Below are positions 1 through 17,360 of a DNA stretch of 64,000 nt, in pieces. Position 1 is the stretch's first letter; each line of letters starts with the position of its first letter. Below the pieces are notes generated by a model. It was not told the DNA's origin. It ran no database searches and saw only the letters and a list, made by a program, of their open reading frames with translations. The translations under genes were made by a program, and so were the position numbers. The stretch comes from the human T2T-CHM13v2.0 reference genome, Homo sapiens, in NCBI RefSeq assembly GCF_009914755.1, contig NC_060947.1; one strand, written 5' to 3'.

Positions 1-1750
1 GAAAATTTTTATTTTACTATGATTCTTCTCAGAACACAGTTTACAGTCAGCTAGAGTCCAAAATTTGCTTTTTCTTCAAGAAAATTAATAGAAATGACCC
101 TGACAAGTACAATTCAATACAGGTTTCTGATAACTTTGGAATTCGTATCATTAGACTAAGTAAAATCTTTCAGAGCTTCAGTACAAAAATGATTTGTCCA
201 TGAAGATTGCTAACCCAACATCAAGAAGACCAATAATTAATTACATGTTAGTGAACTGATAGAAAACTGAAAGGATTTTTATGACCTTTATTGTGAAACA
301 ATGTTGATTTTTAAAAATATTTAGTTTTCTATGGTCAAGAAAACTTTTTTCCTTTGAGCTATCTGTAGCTAACGGCAATTGGGTAAAGTATACTTTTGTG
401 AGAAAAATTCAAACATTTTCCTTTCTCTATACCTGATTTATCCAGAATTCAGAACTACTTTTTGTTTTATTTTTATTTTGCTATTTTCTGGCAATGTAGT
501 TATTTGAGTATGTTCAATAAAAATTTGTTTTCTTTTGTAATAGGACATATTGGATACACTGATTATTTTATCAGGCCTTTGACTGAAATGTCATAGTTTA
601 AAATGTAACCAAACTGCTTTGAGGAATTGAGGTTGATTTGATAAAGCCAATAGATGTGGAAAAACAAAAAAACAAAACAAAACAAAAAACTGGCCTCATA
701 CCTTGTCTATTTGGTTCTCTTACAAGGTTCCTAAATTTGTGTAAGTAAAGAATGTCACTTTCTGACAGGCCCATGAAACCCAAGGTATTTTGGGGACCTT
801 GAGAAGAGAGGGATTCACCCAATTTGTACAGATATTATCAGAACGGTCTAATGGCAAAAACTTGGTTTGGCTTCCTACCCATAACATGTATTTAGAAAGT
901 CTAATTGAGATTCCTTATGAAAAAGTTTCATCAAAGCCAACTTAAAAGAGCCTACATCGCCAATCACTATTCTTGTTTCACTTATGCAAATAATCAAGCC
1001 AAGTATAATACTAAAACTTATTTTCAAATAAATTTGTCTTAATGAGATTTATCTTCAGTAGAAATGGAGAATTAGAGAGCGAAAATATGTTTCAGAAGAA
1101 AAGTATAGAATTCTTGTTATCAGATTCTAGTCTTGAAATTATTTTTAAGCTATTATTTTCCTACAATTTAGATGGAATTCTGAATTATTTCCTGGCTACA
1201 AGTATAGAATGCTTGTTATCAGATTCTAGTCTTGAAATTATTTTTGTTATTATTTTCCTACAATTTAGACTGAATTCCGAATTATTTCCTGGCTACAAGT
1301 ATCTAAAGAAGAATATGGATTCATTTTTCTTCATTATGTTTTTAGTTGACTCCCCAATGGAACAGGTATCTTTTTAAAATTTGTTTTGGCATACAAATTA
1401 TTTTTTTAATTTATCTCATTGTTTTACGTCTTCCAAGAAAAGTAAACTTGTGGTATTTCGAGGAATAGAGATGATGATTCAACAAGCAAAAGTAGCTCTA
1501 TAAATCATTGACTTCACCGAAGTATTATTTTTGCCACTCCATCCCCCTGTGAAGCCATCCCAATTCAGATTTCAGTGCTCTTAAAATTCTTGACTGAGAC
1601 ATATCTCCCTCCCACCCACTGACACAGAACACGACTATTCAGGAATAAGCTTTCTGAGCACTAAGGGATGAAGGCTGTCTATCACTGTAGCCTCAGCAAA
1701 GATAATCATTAATGCTTCCATGGGAAGATTATTGATCAAAAGAGGGTAAA
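1..1750 (+). mobile_element. ERV1 (MER4-group) non-autonomous internal sequence, 3' part
   Basis: Resembles MER4-group internal sequence; ends in a polypurine tract (AAAAGAGGGTAAA) directly before TG at 1751. Confidence 0.65.
1101..1302. repeat. ~99-bp tandem duplication (2 copies)
   Basis: AAGTATAGAA..CTTGTTATCAGATTCTAGTCTTGAAATTATTTTT...CCTGGCTACA occurs at 1101-1199 and 1200-1296. Confidence 0.95.
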
Positions 1751-2153
1751 TGAAAAAAATGAAAATAGCTCAGAAAAGTTTGAGCTATGTGAGGTATGCA
1801 AAAATTATCAGGCCTAAAAAGACAAAACTATGGGATTTCATTCGCACTTCTGCCCCCATGTTAGGAGCAATGGTTTAAAGGCTGTCTCTTTCATTATCTT
1901 CATGTTTCTGGAATTTATGACACTAAGAATAATGTATGTCCGATCAATAGATTGCTATTTTAATGTAAATTCTTGGTAAACAACTTAGGAACTGATCTTT
2001 TTCTTTAAAAACCCACTTGTAACTGCTATTAATTAGAGTGTGTATTGTAGCACAACGTGAATACATGCACCTGCGTTGCACTTCTCAAACTTGTTTCAAA
2101 TAAACTGTTTACTTACATTAATTTTGCCTCAGTTCTTTTCTTTTACGTTGACA
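1751..2153 (+). mobile_element. ERV1 3' LTR (MER84-like)
   Basis: TG...CA termini, PPT upstream, AATAAA near 2099, motif GAGCTATGTGAGGTATGCAAAA.TTATCAGGCC. Confidence 0.65.
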
Positions 2154-2400
2154 ACATACAAAATATGCACCGATTATAAGCATACAGTTTACAGAGCTTT
2201 GGAGCATTTTTATATACAATTTGTCTAGCACTCTAATCAAAATGTAAAACTTTTTCGTTATTCCAAAAAATTTACTTATGCTCCATGAAGTCAATCTTCT
2301 GACTTCCTGACTGAGAGAAGAGCTGCTGTAATTCCTATAATTATAGATTAATTTTGCTCTTTATAAATACATGTATAAGTAAAATTAGATAGCCTCTCTA

Positions 2401-2443
2401 TGTGTGCATGTGTGTGTGCGCGTGTGTGTGTGTGTGTGTGTGT
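2401..2443. repeat. (TG)n microsatellite
   Basis: Direct reading. Confidence 0.95.
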
Positions 2444-3031
2444 GGCTGACTTATTTCAATTAACATGTTTTTGAATTCACTCATATTATTGTGTGTATCA
2501 GCAGTTCATCCCTTTTTTATTGTTGAGTAGTTTTCCATTATATGAATATAGTATATTCTGTTTAACTGGATTGTTTCCAGATTTCGAATATTAAGAATAG
2601 GGTACTAAGAACATTCATATTCAAGATTTTCTCTGTGCATATGCTTTCATTTCTCTTGAATAAATACCTGTGAGTAAAATTATTGGCTCATGCAATAGTA
2701 TATTTTTAACATTATAAAAACTTGCCAAAATGCTATCTAAAGCCATTCTGCTATTCTCCCTTACCTCCAGCAAAGCATGATGAGAATTCCAGTTGCTCCA
2801 TATCCTTATCGACACGGTCACCTAGGAGATATGTACAGGTATTACATAGTGGTTTTAACTGGCATTTCCCTCATTGCTAATGATATTTTATTCACATGTG
2901 CTTCCTGGCCATTCTTATATATTCTTTTTTGAAAGATATCTTCAATTTTTTTGCTAATTTATGATTGTTCATTTTTTCCCTCAATATTGAATTTTTAAAT
3001 GAATGTATAGATTTATTATGTATATTACTTT

Positions 3032-3427
3032 TTTTTAATTTTTATTTATTTATTTTTTTATTATACTTTAAGTTTTATGGTACATGTGCACATTGTGCAG
3101 GTTAGTTACATATGTATACATGTGCCATGCTGGTGCGCTGCACCCACTAACTCGTCATCTAGCATTAGGTATATCCCCAGTGCTATCCCTCCCCACTCCC
3201 CCCACCCCACCACAGTCCCCAGAGTGTGATATTCCCCTTCCTGTGTCCATGTGATCTCATTGTTCAATTCCCACCTATGAGTGAGAATATGCCGTGTTTG
3301 GTTTTTTGTTCTTGTGATAGTTTACTGAGAATGATGATTTCCAATTTCATCCATGTCCCTACAAAGGACACGAACTCATCATTTTTTATGGCTGCATAGT
3401 ATTCCACTAGAACTAGAAATACCATTT
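3032..3427 (-). mobile_element. 5'-truncated, 5'-inverted young L1 (L1PA2-like)
   Basis: Poly-T tail; young L1 3'UTR with GAG diagnostic (CACCCACTAACTCGTCATCTAG); 21-bp inverted piece at 3407-3427; 13-bp TSD TGTATATTACTTT at 3019-3031 and 3427-3439. Confidence 0.92.
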
Positions 3428-4160
3428 GTATATTACTTTAAAATATAAGATCTAAATATTTACATTTATTTTTGAGATACCAGTCCCTTTTCAAATGTGT
3501 GCTTTGCAAATATTTTCCCCCAAGCTGCAATTTGTCTATTAATTTTCTTAACTGGTCAATAAAGAGGACAGGTTTTCAAATTTGATGTAGTTTAATATTT
3601 TTAAATTGTATGGTTTATGTTTTTATCTTATATAAAATATCTTAAGGTCGCAAAGATGTTTAAAAATTAATTACAGTTTTTATTTTATTATAAAAATGCT
3701 ATAGTTTTAACAGTTATGTTTAAATTGGATCCATTATTAATAACTATTTTTTTAATGATGTAACGAGTTAAGATGTTTCTCTTTCCAAGTGTCCAACTCC
3801 TCCAGGAGCATTTGTGAAAAAATACTCTTTTACTCACTAAAGTAGTTGGAAACCTGCGAAATTCAGCTGATCACATATGTGTGGATACATTTCTGGACTA
3901 TATATACTGTTGCATTAAACTATTTGTCAATATTGTGCCAATATTACCCTGTCTTGCTTACTAAAAATGTATAATAGTTCAATCAGATACTACAGATTTT
4001 TTTCATAATTTTTGACTATTCTATATCTTTTGTAATTCCACATGATTTTAGAACAAACTTGTATATTGTTACAAAATAACCTGCTGATATTTTGATTGTG
4101 TTTGTATTACGTGTATAAATGTATTTGAGTAGCTTGAAAATCTTAAAAGTATTGAGTCTA

Positions 4161-4456
4161 AGCCGGGCACGGTGGCTCATGACTGTAATCCCAGCACTTT
4201 GGGAGGCTGAGGCGGGTGGATCATCTGAGGTCAGGAGTTTGAGACCAGCCTGGTCAACATGGTAAAACCTCATCTCTACTAAAAACACAAAAAGTAGCCA
4301 GACATGCTGGCACAGGCCTGTAATCCCATCTACTCAGGTGGCTGAGGCACGAGAATTGCTTGAACCTGGAAGGCAGAGGTTGCAGTGAGCTGAGATTGCA
4401 CCAATGCACTTCAACCTGGGTGACAGAGCAAGAGTCTGTCTCAAAAAAAAAAAAAA
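4161..4456 (+). mobile_element. AluS
   Basis: Full dimer, poly-A tail, imperfect TSD (ATTGAGTCTA/ATTGCGTCTA). Confidence 0.95.
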
Positions 4457-4514
4457 TTGCGTCTATCCAATATTGTAATATATCTGTTGCCCATACTTGG
4501 CTAAATTTATCCTT

Positions 4515-4815
4515 TTAAAAATAACTTTATTAAAATATAATTGACATAAAAATTGTATATATTTAGTGTATAAAATGTTATATTTTGATACATGTATTCA
4601 TTATAAAATGATTCCCACAATCAAGCTAATTAACATAGCAATCACTTAACATTGTTACCTTTTCTGTGGTGAGAACACTTGATCTCTACTCTAGTAGCAA
4701 ATTTTCAGTAATAATAATAATAATAGTAATACATTATTAAGTAGAATCACCATGTTGTACATTAGGTCTCCAGTACTTATATATCTCATGACTGAAGTTT
4801 TGTACCTCTTAACAA
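4515..4815 (-). mobile_element. L1MA/L1MB 3' end fragment
   Basis: Antisense L1M 3'UTR motifs (TGTGGTGAGAACACTTGATCTCTACTCT, CATGTTGTACATTAGGTCTCCAG). Confidence 0.75.
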
Positions 4816-4820
4816 ATAAC

Positions 4821-5360
4821 TAAGTGGAAAGTTTGTTCAACTTAATTTTTCAGTCAGAATTGTGTAAGCTGAACTAAGTGTTTATGGTGCTGGCTATTGT
4901 TTCTCCTCTTAATCATAGGTCCTCTTCAGTTAGAACACAAACAAGACTATTTTTTCCTTGCAAATTGATGTGGATGGTGGGCTGCTGGGGCATCATTTTC
5001 AATATTTTCTCGTCCCTTCTTAAAATGAGTTATTCACTTGTAAATTGATGATGATTTCTTTGGAGTACTGTTCCCATAAACTTTTTATAAGGCATTAATA
5101 ATTTCACCATTCTTCCGTTCAAGCTTCACCATAAATTTGATGTTTGTTCTTGCTTCAATTTCAGCAGCATTCATGTTGCTCTGATAGGGGGTCTTTTCAC
5201 ACTGATGAAATCTTTCTTCTCATCTAGAGCCTCAGACAACTAGATCCGGTTCATACACGTTATAAGAAGTTAGTATGAGTTTATTTTGGTGCAAAAATAT
5301 TTTAAAATCCATGCATAGTTTTTTCATAATGTACATTTTCCATGAACTTTTTGAAGACCC
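4821..5360 (-). mobile_element. HSMAR2 mariner transposon, 5' portion with dead transposase
   Basis: Reverse complement starts GGGTCTTCAAAAAGTTCATGGAAAATG (HSMAR2 TIR); ATG at 5174 reads MNAAEIEARTNIKFMVKLERKNGEIINAL*, the mariner transposase N-terminus with a premature stop. Confidence 0.9.
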
Positions 5361-6451
5361 AGCATGTGGGGGTGTGTGGGTAGAGGGAGGGAGGGAGAGA
5401 GAGAGAGAGAGAATATAAGAAAAAATAAAGTTTTATACTGGAGAGAATAAAATAACAAAAATTAAAACCACAGTTTGTATTTTATCAGAAGTGGAAATTA
5501 AATAACAACAGAAAGGTATCATACCAACAGCCAAAGGAACAATCTAAAATGACATCTCAAAACTTACCCTTTTTAATAATTGAGAAAACTACATTATCAC
5601 CAACTGTTACAGTCTTAGTGACTCAACTATAACAAATGTGGGAGGGGAGGACATTTCTTAGTCTTTAGCATGGCTCGACTAAGAGACTAGGCTCCTCCAA
5701 ACACCTGCACATATGGAGGAAGAGACTTCGCATATCATGTGTCATGTATTCTTGGAATGAATTTAGATAGTTACCATGACAACTGCTAGCCAAGGAGAAT
5801 ATTTAGTAGTATGGGTATGGACATCACCAAATACCACAAGAATGAGGTCATGTTGGTTATACAGCCTAGTGGAACTAAAGCAACTGGACTTCATTTATTT
5901 CCATTGTGAAGCCCTTATATCTTGGTTTTATAATAAATGTCGAAAGCAAAAAGACAAGTGGCAGTTACTACACAAATGTCTTTGCAGACAATCTTACCTC
6001 ATTCTCCCAGTTACAGACAAACGTGTCAAGTGTGGCTTTGCATAAGTCAGAATAGTTATGAAAAATACATAACTTACCAGGGCAAAGTCATGTTTTATTT
6101 TTCTCTTCAGAAGTGTTTGATTCCACCAATTTGTAATTTTCTTTTTTTTAGGCAGGCTTTGAGAGATGTTTCAGTGTTGTTGCCTTGCTTGATAAAAATT
6201 AAATGGTAAAAGTTTATTCAGATACGGATCTGGCTGAAGAACAAAGAGGGGAGAGGAAATGTGTATGGGCAATATGGGTGATGTTAAAAGCCCTTGAGTC
6301 TCATTTCAGAGGTAAGAATCCATACAAAAATTATAACTAATAATAATAAAGCCTAAACGCTGTATATAGAATTACAAGTCATGGTGAATCATTGTCATTT
6401 TACTCCAAGAATGCTATTGTTATTGAGATTTTAAATATCTAAATGCCTTTC

Positions 6452-7410
6452 TGTAGGGTCCAGCCCTACAGGGCCTGTGGGTTTTTCTCTTCGTGTGCGG
6501 AGACGAGAGATCGTAGAAATAAAGACACAAGACAGAGATAGAAGAAAAGACAGCTGGGACCAAGGGACCACTACCACCAAGGCATGGAGACCGGTAGTGG
6601 CCCCGAATGCCTGACCATGCTGTTATTTATTGTATACAAGGCAAGGGGGTAGGCTAAGGAGTGTGAGTCATCTCCATTGATAGGTAAGGTCACGCAAGTC
6701 ATGTGTCCACCAGACAGGGGGCCCTTCCCTATTTGGTAGCCGAGGCAGAGAGAGAGAGGGGACAGCTTACATCATTATTTCTTCTATGTATTCCTCAGAG
6801 AGATCAAAGACTTTAATACTTTCATTAATTTTGCTACTGCTATCTAGAAGGTGGAGCCAGGTGTACAGGGCGGAACATGAAAGTGGACCAGGAGTGTGAC
6901 CATTGAAGCACAGCATCACAGGGACATGTTTAGGCCTCTGGATGGCTGCGTGCGGGCCTGACTGATGTCAGGCCTTCCACAAGAGGTGGTGGAGCAGAGT
7001 CTTCTCTAACTCCCTGGGGGAAAGGGAGGCTCCCTTTCCCAGTCTGCTAAGTAACGGGTGCCTTCCCAGGCACTGGCGCTACCACTAGACCAAGGAACCC
7101 TCTAGCGGCCCTGTCCGGGCGTGACAAAGGGCTCACACTCTTGTCTTCTGGTCACTTCTCACCGTGTCCCTTCAGCTCCTGTCTCTGTATGGCCTGGTTT
7201 TTCCTAGGTTATAATTGTAGAACAAAGATTATTATAATATTGGAATAAAGAGTAATGCTACAAACTAATGATTAATAATATTCATATATCATCATATCTA
7301 TAATCTATTTCTAGTATAACTATTCTTATTGTATATATTTTCTTTATTATACTGGAACACCTTGTGCCTTCAGTCTCTTACCTCGGCACCTGGGTGGCTT
7401 GCTGCCCACA
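6452..7410 (-). mobile_element. Solo LTR13 (HERV-K HML-4 group)
   Basis: Reverse complement starts TGTGGGCAGCAAGCCACCCAGGTGCCGAGG; TG..CA ends; perfect 6-bp TSD CCTTTC at 6446-6451 and 7411-7416. Confidence 0.9.
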
Positions 7411-7473
7411 CCTTTCTATTATAAGGTCCATGTTAGATTTTAGGACCCTGAAACCATTTTATGATAATGGGAG

Positions 7474-7510
7474 CCTCTCTCTCTCTTTATGTGTGTGTGT
7501 ATATATATGC

Positions 7511-7564
<54 letters not shown>

Positions 7565-7567
7565 GAG
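7474..7567. repeat. Compound (CT)n(TG)n(TA)n(TG)n(AG)n microsatellite
   Basis: Direct reading. Confidence 0.95.
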
Positions 7568-7792
7568 AAAGGGGTAATTTTTCAGTAAAAATTTTTATAA
7601 CCTCTTCTGAGTTGCTCTTGGTTAGTACCTAGTATCAGCTGGATGGGATAATAACTAGGGATGCCCTTTGATGGATGGATTCCACATAAGCTACAGCAAT
7701 CCCCATCTCCCCTACTTCATGTACCAGCCACCCCCACTTTACTATGGAATGCTAGGGTATTACATAGTCGTCTGAGATATAAGTGAGGATCC

Positions 7793-8200
7793 GTTGCTAC
7801 AGATCTGAAGAAACCTAAATTCTTGCCTCCTCAGAAGAAAGAATTCGACTGAGGAGCACAAGGCAGAAGAAGAAACCAAGGTAAGTTTCAGAGCAGGAGT
7901 GGAAGTTTATGAAAAAGCTTTAGAATAGGAAAGAAAGGGAAGGGAAGGGAAAGGAAGGGAAAGGAAGGGAAGGGAAGGGAAGGGAAGGGAAGGGAAGGGA
8001 AGAGAGGGGAAGGGAGGGGAAGGGAGGGGAAGGGAGGGGAAGGGAGGGGAAGGGAGGGGAAGGGAGGGGAAGGGAGGGGAAGGGAGGGGAAGGGAGGGGA
8101 AGGGGCAGATTGGAAGAGGGCCGCGCGGGCGACTTGAGAAATCAAGTGCGCAGCTTGGCCTCTTCACTTGGGGTTTTGTACATTGGCATACGTTTGGGAT
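7793..8200 (-). mobile_element. ERV1 LTR fragment (MER50-like)
   Basis: CTTGCCTCCTCAGAAGAAAGAATTCGACTGAGG...TTGGAAGAGGGCC..GCGGGCGACTTGAGA matches recalled MER50 on both sides of the purine repeat. Confidence 0.75.
7927..8105. repeat. Polypurine (AAGGG)n / (AGGGAGGGGA)n repeat
   Basis: About 180 nt of purines only; 9 perfect 10-mers at 8011-8100. Confidence 0.97.
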
Positions 8201-8713
8201 CTAGAATTTCTCCTTCAATACATCTAGAACTGAGCTTCTTCTCTGACATAAACAAAACACATTAATGTCTTATGTATCATTAAATTAGTTATGTGAATAA
8301 GACAGCTGCAGTTACATACCCAGTCTGTGAGTTACAAATTCTATTGTTTTTTCCTGCTATGAATTATACATTTTAAGTAGCTCTGTGCGATGAAATTCAG
8401 TGGAAATTACAGGAAGTGATATCTGGTTACAATTGGTTGATTATGAAAGCACCAGGACCTCCTGTTGCTTGAGAGCTATCTAAATTATCTAATAGCCCTG
8501 GTGAAGTGACAACATCCATGGCACTCTGGCCAAGTCATGATTACATCATTCTGATTCCTCATTGTTTGCTTCTGCTGGATTTGAAAGGCTAGAGTGACTT
8601 TAAATATCTCTATCTCTAATATCTGACTGCACATTACATCTACATAAAATATTTTAGTCTGACCTACCAGGCACTTAATGATTTGCCATCAGCTTCCCCA
8701 TCACAGTAATCAA

Positions 8714-8738
8714 CATCATCATCATCATCATCATCGTC
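8714..8738. repeat. (CAT)n microsatellite
   Basis: Direct reading. Confidence 0.9.
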
Positions 8739-8767
8739 ACTCCCATGATCCTCCTCTTCATCATCAT

Positions 8768-8985
8768 TGCTAATTTTTATTTAGCATGTCTACCAGACAC
8801 CTTTACAAAATATAATTAATCATCATAACAACCCTACAAGATAAGCTATATTATTGTCCTAATTTTACCAATAGGGGCTTAGTGACATTAACTTAAAAAT
8901 CTTCCCCCTCTAACCCTACAGACAGTGTGTAGAGGAGTTGAGATGCAAACCCAGGTCAGTCAGCTTTGAAACCTAGAGGTCTTAC
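8768..8985 (-). mobile_element. MIR
   Basis: CATAACAACCCTACAAGATAAG..ATTATTGTCCTAATTTTAC and GAGATGCAAACCCAGGTCAGTC MIR core motifs. Confidence 0.7.
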
Positions 8986-9104
8986 TAAAAATGCATTAAA
9001 ACACACAAATAAGTTTTATAAGACATTTATACATCTAGCCAACCTTCAAGCAATAGGAACTAATAGGGGTCATAGAAAATTAATCTTAAAAAATGTGAAC
9101 TTTT

Positions 9105-13266
<4,162 letters not shown>

Positions 13267-14907
13267 GGAATTCAACCTGCATGCCTTTTACTTACCTATC
13301 CTCAGGCTAGTTCCTTGAGTGGACAAATGCAAGGCCCTTCCTGCCCTTTCATCTTAAGAATTCAGTGATGGACCCCATTCACTTGGCTTACTCTCAGGGC
13401 TGCTTCCTGAGTATAAACATGGCAGGCCTCTTCTTGTGCTTAATCTTCGAAATCCTGCATTTAAATATAGCACCAACTGATAATCTCATCCTGAAAATGT
13501 AAGGTGTGAATCTCCCTTGCTTGGTTATGTATTCACCTAGTTCTTTCTTTGCCCCAGAATACTTCCAAAGTGCAATATAGGATGTCTAGAGGTCAATATC
13601 TAGATCCCAATTCCTAGTACTACCCAACATACAATGTCTGTAAATGTCAACAATCCTCAGAGCTCAGAGACAAGGAACAATGCATCATAATAAAACAGTG
13701 TCACTGTGTCAGCTCTTGAGCATCTGTGGTTTTGCGAGCAGCATGGTTTTGTGCTATGGGGATAGAGATCTTCATGCTCAAAAGTCAAAGATTTACAACC
13801 TGATCCAGCTTGCAGAATGTGCAACCTAGAACATGAGCATCAGAGTTGAAAAACCCACTTTAAGTCAGGTTATTCCTTAGGCACACTAAGAACAGATAGA
13901 ATATCCTATGATGCTGTGGAAAAAAAAACACAAGAAGAAAAATCAGGGACAAGGGAAAGCAGGATAAACAAATGAAAAGTCATTTGACTATATTTTCCCC
14001 AGGAGACCATTGGCTCATCACTGTGCTACTGTTTTGTCCTGGCAGCCTTGTGAAACAATCAAAAGAAGAATGACTGACCTGAAATAATACCTCCAACACA
14101 CAGGGTACAAACAATGCAATTTGTAAACTCAAGCATTCTTGATTCAGGGTATTTTTTTTTTGCATTTTTTTCTCTTACACAACAGTTATTTTTGGAGCAA
14201 ATAGATAGCTTGTTTTGACAGGAAATGGGATCATTACTTTGCCAGCTGATGGTAGTGTTCAAGGTCAATTTCTTTCTGAGTGAAGGAAAGTGAGTCCCTG
14301 CAGATGTCCATGTGCTGCTTCAGAGGACTCATAAGTTATGGTGAAATCCCAATCCTGCCAAGCAGACATGCAAACTGTAGAAGTGCACATCTACATCACC
14401 CTGGCACTACAATATGGGTATGCTTTTTGATAATACATTTTGTTCTCTCCATAACAGGCAGCAACATAAGTTTCCTCATTCTAACTGTAACAGAAAAAAA
14501 GCCTACTTCACATGCTAGGGGTGTAAATATGGTAACAGTAGTTTCAATAATCAATTCAGCATTTCTATGAATTCCCCTATCAGTACTGCAAGACTATCCA
14601 GCCCTCCCCTCATAGGCACATCACCAGGATCATCCCACTCCTGGTATTTGGATGGAGAATATTTACTGGAATATTGTATGCTGTGGAAATTACTTCAGTC
14701 TAGAGCTGAAACACCACTAGAAGGTGAGTGATTCTGCAACCACCACTCGCTGTGAAGCCAGAGACCAATGTCTGTGCCTAGCAATCTAGGGAGACAATTC
14801 CCAAATCTTCATTGCCCTGCCAAGGTCATTCAGGTAAGCAGAACCCACCAGTTTTGACTAATGCTATTGCAACCTTATGGTGTCACTGTTAAAAACAAAG
14901 TGGTTTT

Positions 14908-15240
14908 GGCCGGGCGCGTTGGCTCATGCCTGTAATCCCAGCACTTTGGGAGGCCGAGGCAGGCAGATCAGGAGGTTAGGAGATCAAGACCATCCTGGCT
15001 AACACGGTGAAAACCCATCTCTAATAAAAATACAAAAAGTTAGCCGGGCGAGGTGGCAGGCGCCTGTAGTTCCAGCTACTCAGGAGGTTGAGGCAGGAGA
15101 ATGGCGTGAACCCAGGAGGCAGAGCTTGCAGTGAGCCGAGATCGCGCCACTGCACTCCTGCCTGGGCAACAGAGCAAGACTCCGTCTCAGAACAAACAAA
15201 CAAACAAACAAAAAACAAAAAACAAAATAAAACAGAAAAA
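14908..15240 (+). mobile_element. AluY
   Basis: ACCATCCTGGCTAACACGGTG and GAATGGCGTGAACC diagnostics; (AAAC)n tail; TSD-like AAAAACA(AA)GTGGTTT. Confidence 0.95.
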
Positions 15241-15506
15241 CAGTGGTTTCAATAGCCACATATCATTTCTGTAATACAGTAATACCTCTCCTGGTCGAGT
15301 TGTGGCTGCTCAGGTTTTATGATTTTGTTTTTGCTTTTTTTGGTTCCTATTGTTGTGGTGGTGATTTTGGAGGTAAGAGGTGGGGAGGGAATGGGAGAAT
15401 GTGGAGATAAAATGATCTATTTTCTCCCACTGTTACAGTGAGCTGTGACTACTGCATACCATCATAGCCTCCCAACATTATAACCCGTCATTTTACTATT
15501 AATATA

Positions 15507-16226
<720 letters not shown>

Positions 16227-16350
16227 TTAATCCCTAAACCATAGCCTGGTACTTGAGTTATTTAGCCACAGGAAGTTTTCAGGTTCAACCTACTTTCCTT
16301 AGCACTCCATGCATCACAGACACTGGTTTTCTATTTAGCAAACCCATTTC

Positions 16351-16650
16351 CTTTTCTTTTATTTCTTTTTGAGACAGAGTCTCACTCTTATATGAGGCTG
16401 GCATGAGGTGGCACAGTCACAGATCACTGTAACGTTGACCACCTGGGCTCAAGTGATTCTCCCACCTCAGCTTCCCAAGTAGCTGCTACAACAGACACAC
16501 ACCACCATGCTTGGCTAATTTGTTTATTATTTGTAGAGACAAGATCTTGCTCTGCTGCCCAAAATGGTCCCAAACTTCTGGGCTCCAGCGACACTTCTAT
16601 CCCTGCCTTCCAAATTGCTGGGATCACAGGAGTGAGCCACTGTACATGCC
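16351..16650 (-). mobile_element. AluJ
   Basis: Diverged antisense Alu with CCTGGGCTCAAGTGAT J-type motif. Confidence 0.9.
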
Positions 16651-16832
16651 TCCTTTTCTTATGGACACCTTTCCTGACCCTCCTTGCAGCAGATGAGGAC
16701 ACGTAGATAGAAGTGATACAAACCACTTCCAGATCTAACCCATCAATAAATCTCTTGAACTATCATTTGTGACACAGAATACTGTGCACCAGTACCAGTC
16801 CTCGAGAGGGGAACGCTATACATAAGTTACCA

Positions 16833-17360
16833 ATGCCAGGGAAGGACTTTAAATGCCTCATCAATTTCTGCACCAGTTCCTAGATCTGGCAGGAAGCTTT
16901 GCACAAACTCAGCTAGCAGAGGTTTTGCACAAACCTGGCTGTCAGAGTATGAGTCTAGCGAGACACATCACTTGCATGAATCAGAGAAAGCAAATTTATT
17001 ATACACAAATGGGCAGCAAGAATAAACAGAGGCCTAGGATCCACAGTGAGCCAGTTCCCCAAGGCTCAGGAAAGCTTCCCAGGGCAAATGAAGTTTTTCT
17101 GTGGGTACTCCACTTTATGTCACAGCTGAGGGACCCCAAAAAGCACTCCACTCTGGGTTTTATACCCCAAAGATAACTTGGCTTGTTGAGATCAAGTGTT
17201 GCAGGTAGTCCTGTTCTAGGAGAAATGAGGAAAAAGCCTGGGTTGTTCCCATTTCTCCTTATCTTAGGATGCTGCATTCTAGGTACATTTGATCTGAGAA
17301 CTGCAAGCGATAGTGGGGAGAGCTGTATCAGTCAAGGTTATTCAGGGCCCTGTGCTCTTG
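16833..17360 (-). mobile_element. ERVL LTR (MER74/MER54-like)
   Basis: CAGCTGAGGGACCCC..CTCTGGGTTTTATACCCC and antisense polyA signal; recalled similarity only. Confidence 0.55.

Larger units (their letters stand above)
2154..4150 (-). mobile_element. Old L1M (L1ME/MC-type) fragments, interrupted by a young L1
   Basis: Degenerate antisense L1 3'UTR/ORF2 motifs (e.g. TGAGAATTCCAGTTGCTCCATATCCT, TTTGCAAATATTTTCCCCCA). Confidence 0.65.

Noticed and set aside
1042-1377. 111-aa ORF with internal repeat
   Set aside because: By-product of the 99-bp tandem duplication in ERV internal sequence
5776-6320. Possible exons from splice-like motifs (TTTTTTTTAG|G, GAG|GTAAG)
   Set aside because: No recognisable coding frame; such motifs are common by chance in AT-rich DNA
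7888-8167. Pro/Ser/Phe-rich repeat proteins
   Set aside because: Translation of the stop-free pyrimidine strand of a microsatellite
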